Assembly: GCA_002419055.1 (NCBI GenBank)
Contig: DIFI01000020.1
Location: 14,851-78,850, forward strand
Direction of reading: 5' to 3'
DNA length: 64,000 nt
Origin: Peptococcaceae bacterium UBA5752
GTDB lineage: Bacteria > Bacillota > Dehalobacteriia > UBA4068
Part shown: positions 10,764 to 20,655 of the stretch, one piece after another
How the letters are laid out: each line of letters begins with the position of its first letter
Position numbering within the stretch: position 1 is the stretch's first letter
Position numbers and translations under genes: made by a program
Notes under the pieces: model-generated
What the model was told of the DNA's origin: nothing
The model's database searches: none
The model's input: the letters and a program-made list of their open reading frames with translations, nothing else

Positions 10764-11906
10764 ATGGCAAACAAAAGGGATTACTATGAGGTATTAGGCG
10801 TAAGCCGTACCGCCACTCCCGAAGAAGTAAAAAAAGCATATAAAAAATTAGCCAAACAATATCATCCCGATTTAAATCCCGACAGCAAAACCGCCGAGGA
10901 AAACTTTAAGGAAGTTAACGAAGCATATGAAGTCTTATCAGACGAAAATTCTCGGGCCCGTTATGATCAGTTTGGACATAATGATCCCGGTGCTGCCGGC
11001 GGTGGTTTTGGCGGCGGCGGTTTCGGTGGCGGTGGCTTTAGCGGTGGCGGCGGTTTTGGTTCGGTCAACGACATATTTGAATCATTTTTCGGCGGCGGTT
11101 TTGGAGGCGGGCAGGTTGATCCGAATGCCCCATTACGCGGTTCCGATTTACGTGCCGATGTGCTGATCAATTTTGAAGAAGCGGCCTCCGGAGTGGAAAA
11201 GGAACTCAATATCAGCCGTATGGAAAGCTGTCCCAAATGCGGCGGCAGCGGCGCAGCGCCGGGAACTAAGCGCAAAACTTGTCCGTCCTGCGGCGGCAGC
11301 GGCAAAACACGCGTTGCGCAAAATACACCGTTTGGTCAATTTCAGACAGTGCGTACTTGTGGCACTTGTAACGGTTGCGGTACGACCGTAGAAAATCCTT
11401 GCCGTGAGTGTGGCGGTACCGGACGCAGGCGACAAGAGCGGACGATCAAGGTCAAAATTCCGCCGGGTGTTGATAATGGCTCAAGACTGCGGATGGCCGG
11501 CGAAGGAGAAGGTGGTGCCAACAATGGCCCTGCCGGTGATCTCTACATCTATATTGGGGTAAGACCGCATAAATACTTCCGCCGTGAGGAGGATAATGTA
11601 TTATGCGAATTCCCCATTTCTTTCTCTCAAGCAGCTTTGGGTGCCGAGGTCGAGGTGCCGACACTTGACGGCAAAGTAAAATTAACGATACCGGAAGGCA
11701 CTCAGACCGGCACAACTTTCCGTATGCGCGGACGCGGTTTTCCCAAGCTGCGTGGTTATGGGCGTGGCGATCAGCATGTTAAAGTAAAAGTAAATACGCC
11801 AACTCATTTAAACGACGAGCAAAAAGAGTTGTTACGTCAACTGGGTGATTTGCCGTTTGGCGATGGCGACGATAAAAAGGGTTTCTTTGGTAAAATATTT
11901 AAATAA
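10764..11906 (+). CDS. dnaJ: Co-chaperone DnaJ
   Basis: J-domain (DYYEVLGV...[14 protein letters not shown]), a G/F-rich linker and four CxxCxGxG zinc-finger repeats. Start taken as ATG 10764 (MANKRDYY). Confidence 0.96.
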   Translation: MANKRDYYEVLGVSRTATPEEVKKAYKKLAKQYHPDLNPDSKTAEENFKEVNEAYEVLSDENSRARYDQFGHNDPGAAGGGFGGGGFGGGGFSGGGGFGSVNDIFESFFGGGFGGGQVDPNAPLRGSDLRADVLINFEEAASGVEKELNISRMESCPKCGGSGAAPGTKRKTCPSCGGSGKTRVAQNTPFGQFQTVRTCGTCNGCGTTVENPCRECGGTGRRRQERTIKVKIPPGVDNGSRLRMAGEGEGGANNGPAGDLYIYIGVRPHKYFRREEDNVLCEFPISFSQAALGAEVEVPTLDGKVKLTIPEGTQTGTTFRMRGRGFPKLRGYGRGDQHVKVKVNTPTHLNDEQKELLRQLGDLPFGDGDDKKGFFGKIFK

Positions 11907-11918
11907 AGCGGGTGTGAA

Positions 11919-13256
11919 ATGACCAAAGAAAAAACATTTGCCACTTATACTTTGGGTTGTAAAGTAAATCAAGAAGAGACCGCTAGCATCAGCGGTCTTT
12001 TTGTCGCGCATGGCTGGCAGCAACTAAAGTTTGGCGAAGCTGCAGCATTATATATCATCAATACCTGTACCGTAACGCAATTGGCCGAGCGCAAAGCGCG
12101 TTCGCTGATCAGACGAATTATCCGTGAGCAACCGCAAGCCACCGTTATTGTTTGTGGCTGTTACGCACAGACGGCAGCTGAAGAGTTAAGAAAAATTCCA
12201 GGGGTTGCGATTATCGCAGGTGTCGAGGAGCGTTCAAGACTACTGCAAATTGTCGAAGATTACTTGTACAAGCAGAGCGATAGCCCCTATGTTGCTGTTG
12301 GCGATATCAGCAAACCCAGACCTTTTGTGGCAATCAATGATCTAAGCAACCAGCGGCGAGCCCGCGCTTATCTGAAGATTGAGGATGGCTGCAATTGTTT
12401 TTGCCATTATTGTATTGTGCCGTATGCGCGGGGACGCGTGCGCAGCCTGCCTTGGCAGCAAGCGCTGGAACAGGGGAAAAGATTGATCGCCCAAGGTCAT
12501 AAGGAGATTGTCTTAACAGGGATCCATATCGGCGCTTATGGCAGTGATCTACAAGACGGCAGCAGTTTATGGCAACTAACCAAGGCTTTAACAGCAGAAG
12601 CAGGTTTAGTTCGGTTGCGTTTTGGTTCGATAGAGCCGCAGCAAGTTGATGAGCAAATTCTGAAGTTGCTGAGAGAAGAAGAAAAACTTTGCCCGCATCT
12701 GCATATCCCCTTACAAAGCGGTTGTGATAAAACGCTGTCGGCAATGGGAAGGCGTTATGATAGCCAATCTTATACCGATCTATTACAGCGTTTACGGCAA
12801 ATTAAACCTGATATTGCAATAACTACAGATATGATTGTGGGTTTCCCCGGCGAAAGCGATACGGACTTTGAGCAAAGTCTTGATTTCGCCGCCCAAATGG
12901 GTTTTGCCAAGATACACGTATTTCCTTATTCCAAGCGCCAAGGTACAGTGGCTGCTGATATGGAAGGACAGCTTCCCAGAAAAATCAAAGAGCAAAGAGC
13001 TGCTCAACTTGCTGCCGTCGGCGAAAAATCGGCACGGAAGTACGGAGAGCGTTTTATTGGTCGCAGATTGCAGATGCTGGTAGAACAGCCAACTGAATAT
13101 CAGGGTAAAAACTGTTATAGCGGTACTTCTGAAAACTATTTATCGCTTGTTTTGCCGGCAGTTGCCCAAAAAGGTGAGATTATCAGCGTTTTTGGTGAAA
13201 AATATTCTGCAGGAAGCCTGATTGTAGCAGGAATTGATAAAAAAGATGGTGAATGA
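11919..13256 (+). CDS. mtaB: tRNA (t6A37) methylthiotransferase MtaB (YqeV-like)
   Basis: N-terminal UPF0004 domain (YTLGCKVNQEE), radical-SAM motif CNCFCHYCIVP and a C-terminal TRAM-like region. Confidence 0.85.
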   Translation: MTKEKTFATYTLGCKVNQEETASISGLFVAHGWQQLKFGEAAALYIINTCTVTQLAERKARSLIRRIIREQPQATVIVCGCYAQTAAEELRKIPGVAIIAGVEERSRLLQIVEDYLYKQSDSPYVAVGDISKPRPFVAINDLSNQRRARAYLKIEDGCNCFCHYCIVPYARGRVRSLPWQQALEQGKRLIAQGHKEIVLTGIHIGAYGSDLQDGSSLWQLTKALTAEAGLVRLRFGSIEPQQVDEQILKLLREEEKLCPHLHIPLQSGCDKTLSAMGRRYDSQSYTDLLQRLRQIKPDIAITTDMIVGFPGESDTDFEQSLDFAAQMGFAKIHVFPYSKRQGTVAADMEGQLPRKIKEQRAAQLAAVGEKSARKYGERFIGRRLQMLVEQPTEYQGKNCYSGTSENYLSLVLPAVAQKGEIISVFGEKYSAGSLIVAGIDKKDGE

Positions 13257-13304
13257 ATAGTATATTGTGCGAATCAGCTGATGAATAAATAGGAGAGAAA
13301 AGTA

Positions 13305-13652
13305 ATGGAAGATTGTATTTTCTGTAAAATAGCCGGCGGCGAGATCCCTTGTGATTTTGTTTATGAAGATGAAGATATCGTTGCTTTTAAGGATATCAAC
13401 CCACATGCGCCGGTTCATCTGTTGCTGCTCCCCAAAAAACACATTGCTTCGCTGGCGGAAACTACCGAGGCAGATATGGCTTTGATTGGCAAAATCAATT
13501 ACGTTGCCAAAACGTTAGCCGAGCAGTTCCAAATTGATCAAAGCGGCTACCGGTTACTGACAAATTGCCGCCAAGATAGCGGACAAGAAGTTCCCCATTT
13601 GCATTATCATTTAATCGGCGGTCATTTTTTAGGCGCTTTTACAGAAGAATAG
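13305..13652 (+). CDS. HIT family (histidine triad) nucleotide-binding protein
   Basis: CIFCKI...[18 protein letters not shown]...[11 protein letters not shown], the HxHxHxx triad. Confidence 0.9.
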   Translation: MEDCIFCKIAGGEIPCDFVYEDEDIVAFKDINPHAPVHLLLLPKKHIASLAETTEADMALIGKINYVAKTLAEQFQIDQSGYRLLTNCRQDSGQEVPHLHYHLIGGHFLGAFTEE

Positions 13653-13681
13653 TTGACTGTGCAAATATTATGTTATATAAT
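13653..13681 (+). promoter_or_regulatory. Sigma-A-type promoter upstream of rpsU
   Basis: TTGACT (13653-13658), a 17-nt spacer, then TATAAT (13676-13681). Confidence 0.55.
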
Positions 13682-13789
13682 ATTCGCATATTCGCATTTT
13701 TGCGGGTGATATTGCTTAATATACAAGCTTTATCGCATACGGTAATCACTCCATTAACAGAAACAGGCCATATGGAGGGAGGGATGGTA

Positions 13790-13966
13790 GTGAGTGAAGT
13801 AAAAGTTGGTAAGAATGAATCATTAGACAGCGCTTTAAGGCGCTTTAAACGGACATGCCAAAAATCAGGTGTTATGGCTGAGATTCGTAAACATGAACAT
13901 TATGAAAAGCCCAGCGTAAAGAGAAAAAAGAAAGCTGAAGCAGCAAGAAAGCGTAAGTGGAACTAA
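13790..13966 (+). CDS. rpsU: 30S ribosomal protein S21
   Basis: [27 protein letters not shown]...[29 protein letters not shown] at 13774-13783 favours the GTG at 13790 (58 aa). The listed ORF start at 13670 lies in the promoter/leader. Confidence 0.9.
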   Translation: MSEVKVGKNESLDSALRRFKRTCQKSGVMAEIRKHEHYEKPSVKRKKKAEAARKRKWN

Positions 13967-13984
13967 TATAAATTTTTATAATTT

Positions 13985-14019
13985 AAAGAGTCGGCATAAA
14001 ATGTCGACTCTTTTGTTTT
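13985..14019 (+). terminator. Rho-independent terminator after rpsU
   Basis: Stem aaagagtcg / cgactcttt with a T-run (ttttgtttt). Confidence 0.7.
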
Positions 14020-14096
14020 GGAGTAAATATAAACATTTAAAACAATGTTTAGTATTTACTCCAAAAAATGGTATAATAAAGTTAAGGAGGTGCTAT

Positions 14097-15404
14097 ATGA
14101 ATAAAAAAACTTCGTTTATAGTCCTGCCAATAATAATTTTTTTAATTTTATTATTTACAACTTCGGCGCTGGCTACAGGCGGTGGCACCTATGTAATACC
14201 CATAAAGGGCGATATCAATGAAGGTAATTTGCACTTTATTGAAAGATCATATGTTGAAGCGGTGACAGCCGGAGCAGACGCGATAATTTTTGAAGTCGAT
14301 ACCTATGGCGGTTATGTTGATGCGGCTATCTATATAAAAGATATCATTTTTAACTCTGATATTCCCACATATTGTTTTGTTACCAGCAAGGCAATATCGG
14401 CAGGGTCATTGATTGCTTTAGCCGGAGAACAATTGGTTATGCAACCGTCATCAACGATAGGCGCCGCCGAACCGCAGGTAAACGGCGAAACTGCTGATGA
14501 AAAAACTGTATCAATGTGGGCGGCGCAGTTAACATCAGTAGCGGAAGCGCGCGGTAAAGATGGCCAGATTGCAGCAGCCTTTGCCGACAGCGATATAGAA
14601 ATTAAAGGTATTGTTGATAAAGGTAAGCTGCTGACACTTTCCGCAGACCAGGCTTTAGAATATGGTATTGCCGATAAAATAGTAGATAGCCGCAGCGAAT
14701 TAATTTCAGCCTACAGATTAAATAGTAATGTTGTTGAAGTAAATAAAACTTTTAAAGATAATTTGATATCCTGGTTATCCAGTCCTTTTATTGCTGCTAT
14801 TTTGTTAACTATTGGCATCGCCGGTATAGTAATAGAAATACTGACTGTCGGCAGCTTTGGCATATTTGGCGGCGTTGGTGTAGCTGCTTTTGTACTTTAC
14901 TTTATCGGTCATTTTTGGGCAGGCAATCTTGGAGCAGGTACGGTCATTCTTTTTGTAGTCGGTCTGATATTGTTGGCAGCAGAAATATTTGTAATCCCAG
15001 GGTTTGGTGTTGCAGGTATTTTGGGAATACTATCATTGTTTACCAGTATAGTTTTAGCCTCGCCAAGTATTGAGTATGCGATAACCTCAATATTAATTGC
15101 CTTGGCTGCCTCAACTGCAATAATAATTTTTACCCTTAAAAATAAACAGACGCGAAAAATTTGGGGTCGGCTGGTTCTTTCTCAAAAACAGGAAAATAAA
15201 GACGGCTTTGTTGCTCCTGATGTATCATTGACTGGGTATCTAGGCGTGCGCGGCAGGGCAATCTCGTTGTTACGCCCGGCCGGCGTGGTAGAAATAAACG
15301 GCAAACGTATTGATGTGGTGACCTCCGGCGAATTTATTGAGGCCGGTTCAATAGTTGAAGTTGTATTGATCGAGGGCTTACGGGTAGTTGTGAAAAAAGT
15401 ATAA
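14097..15404 (+). CDS. NfeD-family membrane-bound ClpP-class serine protease (YqeZ-like)
   Basis: Start at ATG 14097 behind AAGGAGGTG. Signal/TM segment, ClpP-like domain (IFEVDTYGGYVDAA...SKAISAGSLIALAG), multiple TM segments and a C-terminal NfeD OB-fold. Lies directly upstream of floA, the classical arrangement. Confidence 0.8.
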   Translation: MNKKTSFIVLPIIIFLILLFTTSALATGGGTYVIPIKGDINEGNLHFIERSYVEAVTAGADAIIFEVDTYGGYVDAAIYIKDIIFNSDIPTYCFVTSKAISAGSLIALAGEQLVMQPSSTIGAAEPQVNGETADEKTVSMWAAQLTSVAEARGKDGQIAAAFADSDIEIKGIVDKGKLLTLSADQALEYGIADKIVDSRSELISAYRLNSNVVEVNKTFKDNLISWLSSPFIAAILLTIGIAGIVIEILTVGSFGIFGGVGVAAFVLYFIGHFWAGNLGAGTVILFVVGLILLAAEIFVIPGFGVAGILGILSLFTSIVLASPSIEYAITSILIALAASTAIIIFTLKNKQTRKIWGRLVLSQKQENKDGFVAPDVSLTGYLGVRGRAISLLRPAGVVEINGKRIDVVTSGEFIEAGSIVEVVLIEGLRVVVKKV

Positions 15405-15431
15405 CCAATATAAACTTGAGGAGGAATAAAA

Positions 15432-16415
15432 ATGTTAATTCCCGGATTCGTCTTGCTTATTATCATAGTCGTTGTAGTATTAATCATCCTTAGTTTTATT
15501 CCGGTTGGACTATGGATTTCAGCGTTATCGGCCGGAGCTAAAGTTGGCATTATGGATCTGATCGGCATGCGCTTGCGCCGGGTATCACCAGCAAAAATTG
15601 TTAACCCGTTAATTAAATCGGAAAAGGCCGGATTGGCAGTGCCCGTCGGACAGTTAGAGGCACATTACCTTGCCGGAGGCAATGTGGATAGGGTTGTAAA
15701 TGCGTTAATTGCGGCCGAGAGGGCCAATATTCCTCTGTCGTTTGAACGTGCAGCCGCTATTGATTTGGCCGGACGTAATGTATTGGAAGCCGTACAGATG
15801 AGCGTTAACCCTAAGGTAATCGAAACGCCGGTTATCTCTGCGATGGCGATCAACGGTATCGAATTGAAAGCTAAGGCAAAGGTTACGGTACGTGCCAATA
15901 TTGACCGTCTTGTCGGCGGTGCAGGAGAAGCAACGATCATTGCCCGTGTCGGCGAAGGTATAGTTACTACCGTAGGTTCAAGTGCAACCCATAAAGAAGT
16001 ATTGGAAAATCCCGATAGAATATCTAAAACTGTTTTAGGCAAAGGACTAGACTCCGGTACAGCCTTTGAGATTCTTTCAATCGATATTGCCGATGTTGAT
16101 GTCGGACGTAATATCGGTGCAGCCCTGCAGACAGATCAGGCCGAGGCCGATAAAAGAATCGCGCAGGCTAAAGCAGAAGAAAGACGGGCCATGGCCGTTG
16201 CGCGTGAGCAGGAAATGGTTGCCGCCGTGCAAGAGATGCGCGCCAAGGTAGTTGAGGCGGAAGCCGAAGTGCCACGGGCAATGGCAGAGGCGTTTCGCAA
16301 CGGTAATCTCGGTGTGATGGATTATTACAACATGATGAATGTTGTATCCGATACCAAAATGAGGGAAAACATTGCCGGAATCAATAATCAAGCTGATAGC
16401 AAAAAAGATAAGTAA
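15432..16415 (+). CDS. floA: Flotillin-like protein FloA (YqfA, UPF0365, SPFH superfamily)
   Basis: N-terminal TM segment, then [26 protein letters not shown]...[26 protein letters not shown], typical of FloA. Pairs with nfeD. Confidence 0.85.
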   Translation: MLIPGFVLLIIIVVVVLIILSFIPVGLWISALSAGAKVGIMDLIGMRLRRVSPAKIVNPLIKSEKAGLAVPVGQLEAHYLAGGNVDRVVNALIAAERANIPLSFERAAAIDLAGRNVLEAVQMSVNPKVIETPVISAMAINGIELKAKAKVTVRANIDRLVGGAGEATIIARVGEGIVTTVGSSATHKEVLENPDRISKTVLGKGLDSGTAFEILSIDIADVDVGRNIGAALQTDQAEADKRIAQAKAEERRAMAVAREQEMVAAVQEMRAKVVEAEAEVPRAMAEAFRNGNLGVMDYYNMMNVVSDTKMRENIAGINNQADSKKDK

Positions 16416-16438
16416 TACAGCGATAAGAGGGTGATGCT

Positions 16439-16945
16439 ATGGACAGCTTTTTTATATTTATTGTGTTCATGATTATCAGCGCAGTATTAGGCAGTATCTC
16501 CAAAAAGAATTCTCAAAAGCAAAAAGAAGCCATTGAAGAGCAACGTCGGCGGCGGCAAGTATACGAATCAACGCAACAACAGCAAGAAGGACCTTCGCCT
16601 AACCAGCCGTCGCGTCAACCGGCCAGAGAGGTGACAATTCCCGATCTTGGGGAATTGTTCGGAGAGGTTTTAGTACTGCCGGTTCCCCAACAGCCGCTCA
16701 ATCGGCGGATGCAGCCGCAAGAAGTCAAAACACCGGCGTACTCAGTGATGCCGGAGGCAATTGCCGAGGAGCAGTCGGCGGCCAAGCCGATTATTGAGCA
16801 AACAAAACCGCAGACTGTTGAACGCATACAACAAAAAGCCGCTGTACCGTTATTTGCCGACAGCAATGCTTTGGTGCAGGGTATTATTATGGCCGAGGTT
16901 TTGGGCGAGCCGCGTTGTCGCCGCAATGGCCGGACACGGATATAA
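16439..16945 (+). CDS. Hypothetical membrane-anchored Q/P-rich protein
   Basis: SD AAGAGGGTG. One N-terminal TM helix, a long low-complexity Q/P/E-rich region and a short hydrophobic C-terminal motif (LVQGIIMAEVLGEPRCRR). Its stop abuts the pepP start. I do not recognise a family. Confidence 0.5.
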   Translation: MDSFFIFIVFMIISAVLGSISKKNSQKQKEAIEEQRRRRQVYESTQQQQEGPSPNQPSRQPAREVTIPDLGELFGEVLVLPVPQQPLNRRMQPQEVKTPAYSVMPEAIAEEQSAAKPIIEQTKPQTVERIQQKAAVPLFADSNALVQGIIMAEVLGEPRCRRNGRTRI

Positions 16946-16946
16946 T

Positions 16947-18029
16947 ATGAGTGAACAAAGATTAGCACGATTATGGCAATATCTGAATAATGATTACCTC
17001 CAGGCATTGTTGGTCAACAACGATAGCAACGTTCGCTACTTGAGCGGATATCGCGGCGGTGAGGCATGCTTGCTGGTTGATAGACATCAGCTAAAGTTAT
17101 TGATAACCGATTCCCGCTATACAGAACAGGCAAAACGGGAAGCACCGGGTTTTACTGTTATTTGCTGTGGCGGCTCTCAGATGCCCTTTTCGCAAATACT
17201 GCGGCAGCAATGCGAAAAATATTCTATAAAGCAGCTCGGTTTTGAAGATGAGCAATGGAGCGTTGCGGCTTTTGCAAAGCTGCAAGCGGAAATCAAGGAG
17301 CTGCAGTGGCAGCGGCTCGGCAATGTGATTATACAAGTGCGTGCTCAAAAAGACGAGCAGGAGATCGCATCGCTTAAGCAAGCTGCAAGTGCCACTGATC
17401 GGGTTTTTGCAGCAATTATCGAGAAGATTAAGCCGGGTCTGCGCGAATCGGATATTGCTAAAGAGCTGGCTTATGCAATTGCCGATCAAGGCTGTGAAAG
17501 CAGTTTCCCGATTATAGTCGCATCGGGTATCAACGGCGCTCTACCACATGCTCAACCGCATGCTGATAAACAGGTGCAAAAGGGAGATTTGATTACTCTT
17601 GATTTTGGCTGCGCTTATAATGGTTATCGAGCTGATATTACTCGAACTGTGATGTTGGGGCTCCCTACGCCTAAACAGCAGCAAATTTATGATACAGTCT
17701 TAGAGGCGCACCATTTGGCAGCAACTGGTTTGCGCTCCGGCGTAGTGGCTTGTGAAATTGATGCTCTGGCACGTGATTATATCACAAATGCCGGCTGGGG
17801 AGAGAATTTCGGCCATGGATTGGGACACGGTATCGGTCTTGATGTTCATGAATTGCCGCTGCTCAATCGTTCATCGCAACAGATTTTAGCCCCAAACATG
17901 GTCGTGACCGTAGAACCGGGAATATATATACCCGGCTGGGGAGGAATAAGGATCGAAAACGATTATTTACTAACCGTAAACGATTGCCAACGTTTGCTCG
18001 ATTCCCCTCAAGAGTTAATTAGCCTTTAA
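16947..18029 (+). CDS. Xaa-Pro aminopeptidase / M24 family peptidase
   Basis: Start ATG 16947 (MSEQRLARL). N-terminal creatinase/prolidase domain, M24 metal ligands (DFGCAYNGYRADITRT, HGLGHGIGLDVHE, EPGIY). Confidence 0.85.
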   Translation: MSEQRLARLWQYLNNDYLQALLVNNDSNVRYLSGYRGGEACLLVDRHQLKLLITDSRYTEQAKREAPGFTVICCGGSQMPFSQILRQQCEKYSIKQLGFEDEQWSVAAFAKLQAEIKELQWQRLGNVIIQVRAQKDEQEIASLKQAASATDRVFAAIIEKIKPGLRESDIAKELAYAIADQGCESSFPIIVASGINGALPHAQPHADKQVQKGDLITLDFGCAYNGYRADITRTVMLGLPTPKQQQIYDTVLEAHHLAATGLRSGVVACEIDALARDYITNAGWGENFGHGLGHGIGLDVHELPLLNRSSQQILAPNMVVTVEPGIYIPGWGGIRIENDYLLTVNDCQRLLDSPQELISL

Positions 18030-18046
18030 TATTTAGCAATTTTCTT

Positions 18047-18076
18047 GTCCCGCCTAAGTATTGGCGGGGCTTTTTT
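18047..18076 (+). terminator. Rho-independent terminator after the M24 peptidase gene
   Basis: gtcccgcc / ggcggggc stem followed by TTTTTT. Confidence 0.75.
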
Positions 18077-18133
18077 ATGTCTGCGTCATAATAATCCGTG
18101 CCGGAAAATAAATTATAGCGGAGGTGAGGCGGT

Positions 18134-18415
18134 TTGAAAAACAATGTTCGGAAAAGTATCGCCGGTGCTCTGCAATTGCCGTCCGAGGTTGTGCTTGATC
18201 AAGTGCGTATAATCTTGACCGGTCAAAATAGTATGCTGGCCGAAAATCATAAGGGGATTATCGAATATGGCAGAAGTAAAATTGTTTTTCGTATTAACAG
18301 CGGATTTGTTGAGGTTTTGGGTGAAGGATTGACTATTTCTTCTCTGCAAAGCGAGGAATTATCAATTTCGGGAGAAATTATCGCGGTTTGTTTTGTCGGG
18401 GAGGATGGTCGATGA
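18134..18415 (+). CDS. yqfC: Sporulation protein YqfC
   Basis: LPSEVVLDQVRIILTGQNSMLAENHKGIIEYG...LTISSL...ISGEI is YqfC-like. TTG start behind GGAGGTGAGG. Followed by yqfD. Confidence 0.8.
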   Translation: MKNNVRKSIAGALQLPSEVVLDQVRIILTGQNSMLAENHKGIIEYGRSKIVFRINSGFVEVLGEGLTISSLQSEELSISGEIIAVCFVGEDGR

Positions 18416-19650
18416 ACAGAATATTGACGCGTTTTGTGAGCGGTAGTTTAAGAATAGAGATTCGCGGCGAGTATGCGGAAAAGTTCCTCAATTTATCATT
18501 GACGCAGGGAATCAGCTTGAGTAATATTGTCCGTTATGATGAACGACGGATTTCTGCCGATATAATTTTGGCAGATATTTATCGTTTGCGGCCGATTGCC
18601 CGTGCCAGCCATTGCCGTTTTATCATTAAGCGGCGACAGGGGTTACCGTTTATACTAGCGCGTTATCGTCGCCGCAAATTATTGCTGATAGGTGCTGTAG
18701 TGTTTTGTATTGCTCTTTATTTAGCGTCTTCGTTGGTTTTGTCTCTGACGGTAACCAGCCCTTATAGCTTAAGCCAGACAGAAAAAGCGCGGATTGTCGC
18801 TTTGGCACGTGAAGCGGGAGTTGTTGAAGGTAAGCTGCAGTTTACCATGGATTTGGAGGCTGCGCAGGAACATATTAGCGAAGAACTGCCGCAATTGAGC
18901 TTTGTCGAGGTTACTATTATAGGCAATAATGTATTGATCAATGTTGTCAAACGGGTTGATGTTAGTGAAGATGATCAGATAGTAGCCTGCGGTGATATTG
19001 TGGCGACTAAAGATGGAGTAATTGAACAAATACTGGTACGCAAAGGTACAGAATGCGTAAAAGCCGGAGATACAGTGACAGCCGGCACTGTATTGGTGCG
19101 CGGATACAATCAAGGCGGCTTGGTTGCCGCCTCGGCTATCGTCAGCGCACGTGTTTGGTATAGTGGTTATGGCGAGTGCGCTCTTGATAAAACAGAGGTT
19201 AAAAATACCGGGAAACAATACATGACGGTCGAATTGTCTTGGCAAACACAAATAAAAGCGCTTGTTTGGGGGGATAATACTCCACAATATCAGTATTATT
19301 ATCAGCATCAAAAGAGCGTACCACTGGTCATTTGGAGGAATATTCGCCTGCCCGTAGAATTAGTTATTACCTATTACCATGAACAACAACAAGACATTTT
19401 TAGTTATACACCTGAGCAAGCGTGGCAACAGGCAGCAGAGGCAGCGGAAAAAAATGCCAAAATTGCCTTAGCAGATGATGCTCGGATTGTTGCAAGCAAT
19501 TTAAAAGAGATAGAAGCTGGCGACAGAATCAAGCGGGCGCGGTTTACAATAGAAACGATTGAAGATATCGGAGACTTTAGCGAGGCGGATCAGCAAACGC
19601 AACAACAATACCTATCTTTGCTTAATAAAGAAAATAATAGCATTGATTAA
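18412..19650 (+). CDS. yqfD: Sporulation protein YqfD (stage IV sporulation)
   Basis: ATG 18412 overlaps the yqfC stop (ATGA). N-terminus RIEIRGEYAEKFLNL..., one TM segment, YqfD-like C-terminal domain. yqfC-yqfD-phoH synteny is conserved. Confidence 0.8.
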   Translation: MNRILTRFVSGSLRIEIRGEYAEKFLNLSLTQGISLSNIVRYDERRISADIILADIYRLRPIARASHCRFIIKRRQGLPFILARYRRRKLLLIGAVVFCIALYLASSLVLSLTVTSPYSLSQTEKARIVALAREAGVVEGKLQFTMDLEAAQEHISEELPQLSFVEVTIIGNNVLINVVKRVDVSEDDQIVACGDIVATKDGVIEQILVRKGTECVKAGDTVTAGTVLVRGYNQGGLVAASAIVSARVWYSGYGECALDKTEVKNTGKQYMTVELSWQTQIKALVWGDNTPQYQYYYQHQKSVPLVIWRNIRLPVELVITYYHEQQQDIFSYTPEQAWQQAAEAAEKNAKIALADDARIVASNLKEIEAGDRIKRARFTIETIEDIGDFSEADQQTQQQYLSLLNKENNSID

Positions 19651-20637
19651 ATGAGGGGAGGTCCGGTTTTGCCGGATAAATTAGGCGTAACATCGGAATC
19701 GATCATCAAATTCGATTCCATAGCCGAAGCTGCTAATGTGCTTGGCTATCAGGACAAGCATTTAAAGCTGCTTGAACACCAGCTGACTGCTTCTTTAGCA
19801 GTGTGCGGTGATCAACTGATTATCAGCGGCAATCCACAGGAGGTAGCCGATGCTTATATTGTGATTTCCCAGCTAAAAAAGCAAGCAGCCAAGGGCATTG
19901 ATATATCGGCAATGACTGTCAATTATGCGCTCGCATCCAAAGAACAAATGGATGAGACACTTGCTGATAAATTGACGGAGACGATCTATGTGACGCCGCG
20001 CGGTAAACAGATAAAAGCCAAAACAGTTGGTCAATATAATTATTTACAAGCTATAGAAAACAATGATCTGGTATTTAGTATCGGTCCCGCCGGTACAGGC
20101 AAGACGTTTCTTGCGGTAGTCAAGGCAATTGCAGCGCTCAAAAAACGCAGAGTTGCCAAGATAGTGCTAGCGCGTCCCGCAGTTGAGGCCGGTGAGAAGC
20201 TTGGTTTTTTGCCCGGTGATTTGCAGGACAAAGTTAATCCTTATCTGAGGCCGGTTTATGATGCCTTAGATGATATCCTCGGTGTTGAGGTGGCACGCAA
20301 ATATATGGAACACAACACTATTGAAGTGGTGCCGCTTGCTTATATGCGGGGACGGACTCTCGATGATGCATTTATAATTCTTGACGAGGCGCAAAATACC
20401 ACACCTCAGCAAATGAAGATGTTTCTAACCAGATTGGGCGCCGGTTCCAAAGCGGTTATCACCGGCGATATTACGCAAATAGATTTGCCGCCGGGACAAA
20501 GCTGCGGTTTGATCGAAGCGGAGCGGCGGCTTAAAGATATTGATGAGATAGTTTTCTGTTATTTAACCCGTATTGATGTGTTACGGCATCCATTAGTGCA
20601 GAAAATAATTGACGCTTACGATCGTAAATGGGTATAG
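19651..20637 (+). CDS. phoH: PhoH-like ATPase (YqfE/PhoH)
   Basis: Walker A GPAGTGKTFLAV and PhoH signature ILDEAQNTTPQQMKMFLTRLG. The TTG at 19669 behind GAGGGGAGG is an alternative and perhaps better start. Confidence 0.9.
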   Translation: MRGGPVLPDKLGVTSESIIKFDSIAEAANVLGYQDKHLKLLEHQLTASLAVCGDQLIISGNPQEVADAYIVISQLKKQAAKGIDISAMTVNYALASKEQMDETLADKLTETIYVTPRGKQIKAKTVGQYNYLQAIENNDLVFSIGPAGTGKTFLAVVKAIAALKKRRVAKIVLARPAVEAGEKLGFLPGDLQDKVNPYLRPVYDALDDILGVEVARKYMEHNTIEVVPLAYMRGRTLDDAFIILDEAQNTTPQQMKMFLTRLGAGSKAVITGDITQIDLPPGQSCGLIEAERRLKDIDEIVFCYLTRIDVLRHPLVQKIIDAYDRKWV

Positions 20638-20655
20638 GGGTCAAGGAGGATTATA

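Noticed and set aside
10967-11305. Tandem GGN-type DNA repeats in dnaJ, and the Pro-rich 112-aa antisense ORF and other listed ORFs inside dnaJ
   Set aside because: The repeats encode the G/F-rich linker of DnaJ. The antisense Pro/Lys ORF is the mirror image of Gly codons. Neither is an independent gene or repeat element.
13670-13789. Long N-terminal extension of the S21 ORF. The same issue applies to the 5' extensions of the listed ORFs for hrcA, nfeD, pepP, yqfD, addA, rplU and the DUF2344 gene.
   Set aside because: The extensions run through promoters, operators or upstream genes. In each case an internal start with a good SD gives the family-typical N-terminus.
18077-18133. Sporulation sigma-factor (sigma-E/K) promoter upstream of yqfC
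   Set aside because: GTCATAATA resembles a sigma-E -35 element, but I could not find a matching CATA-type -10 at the correct spacing.
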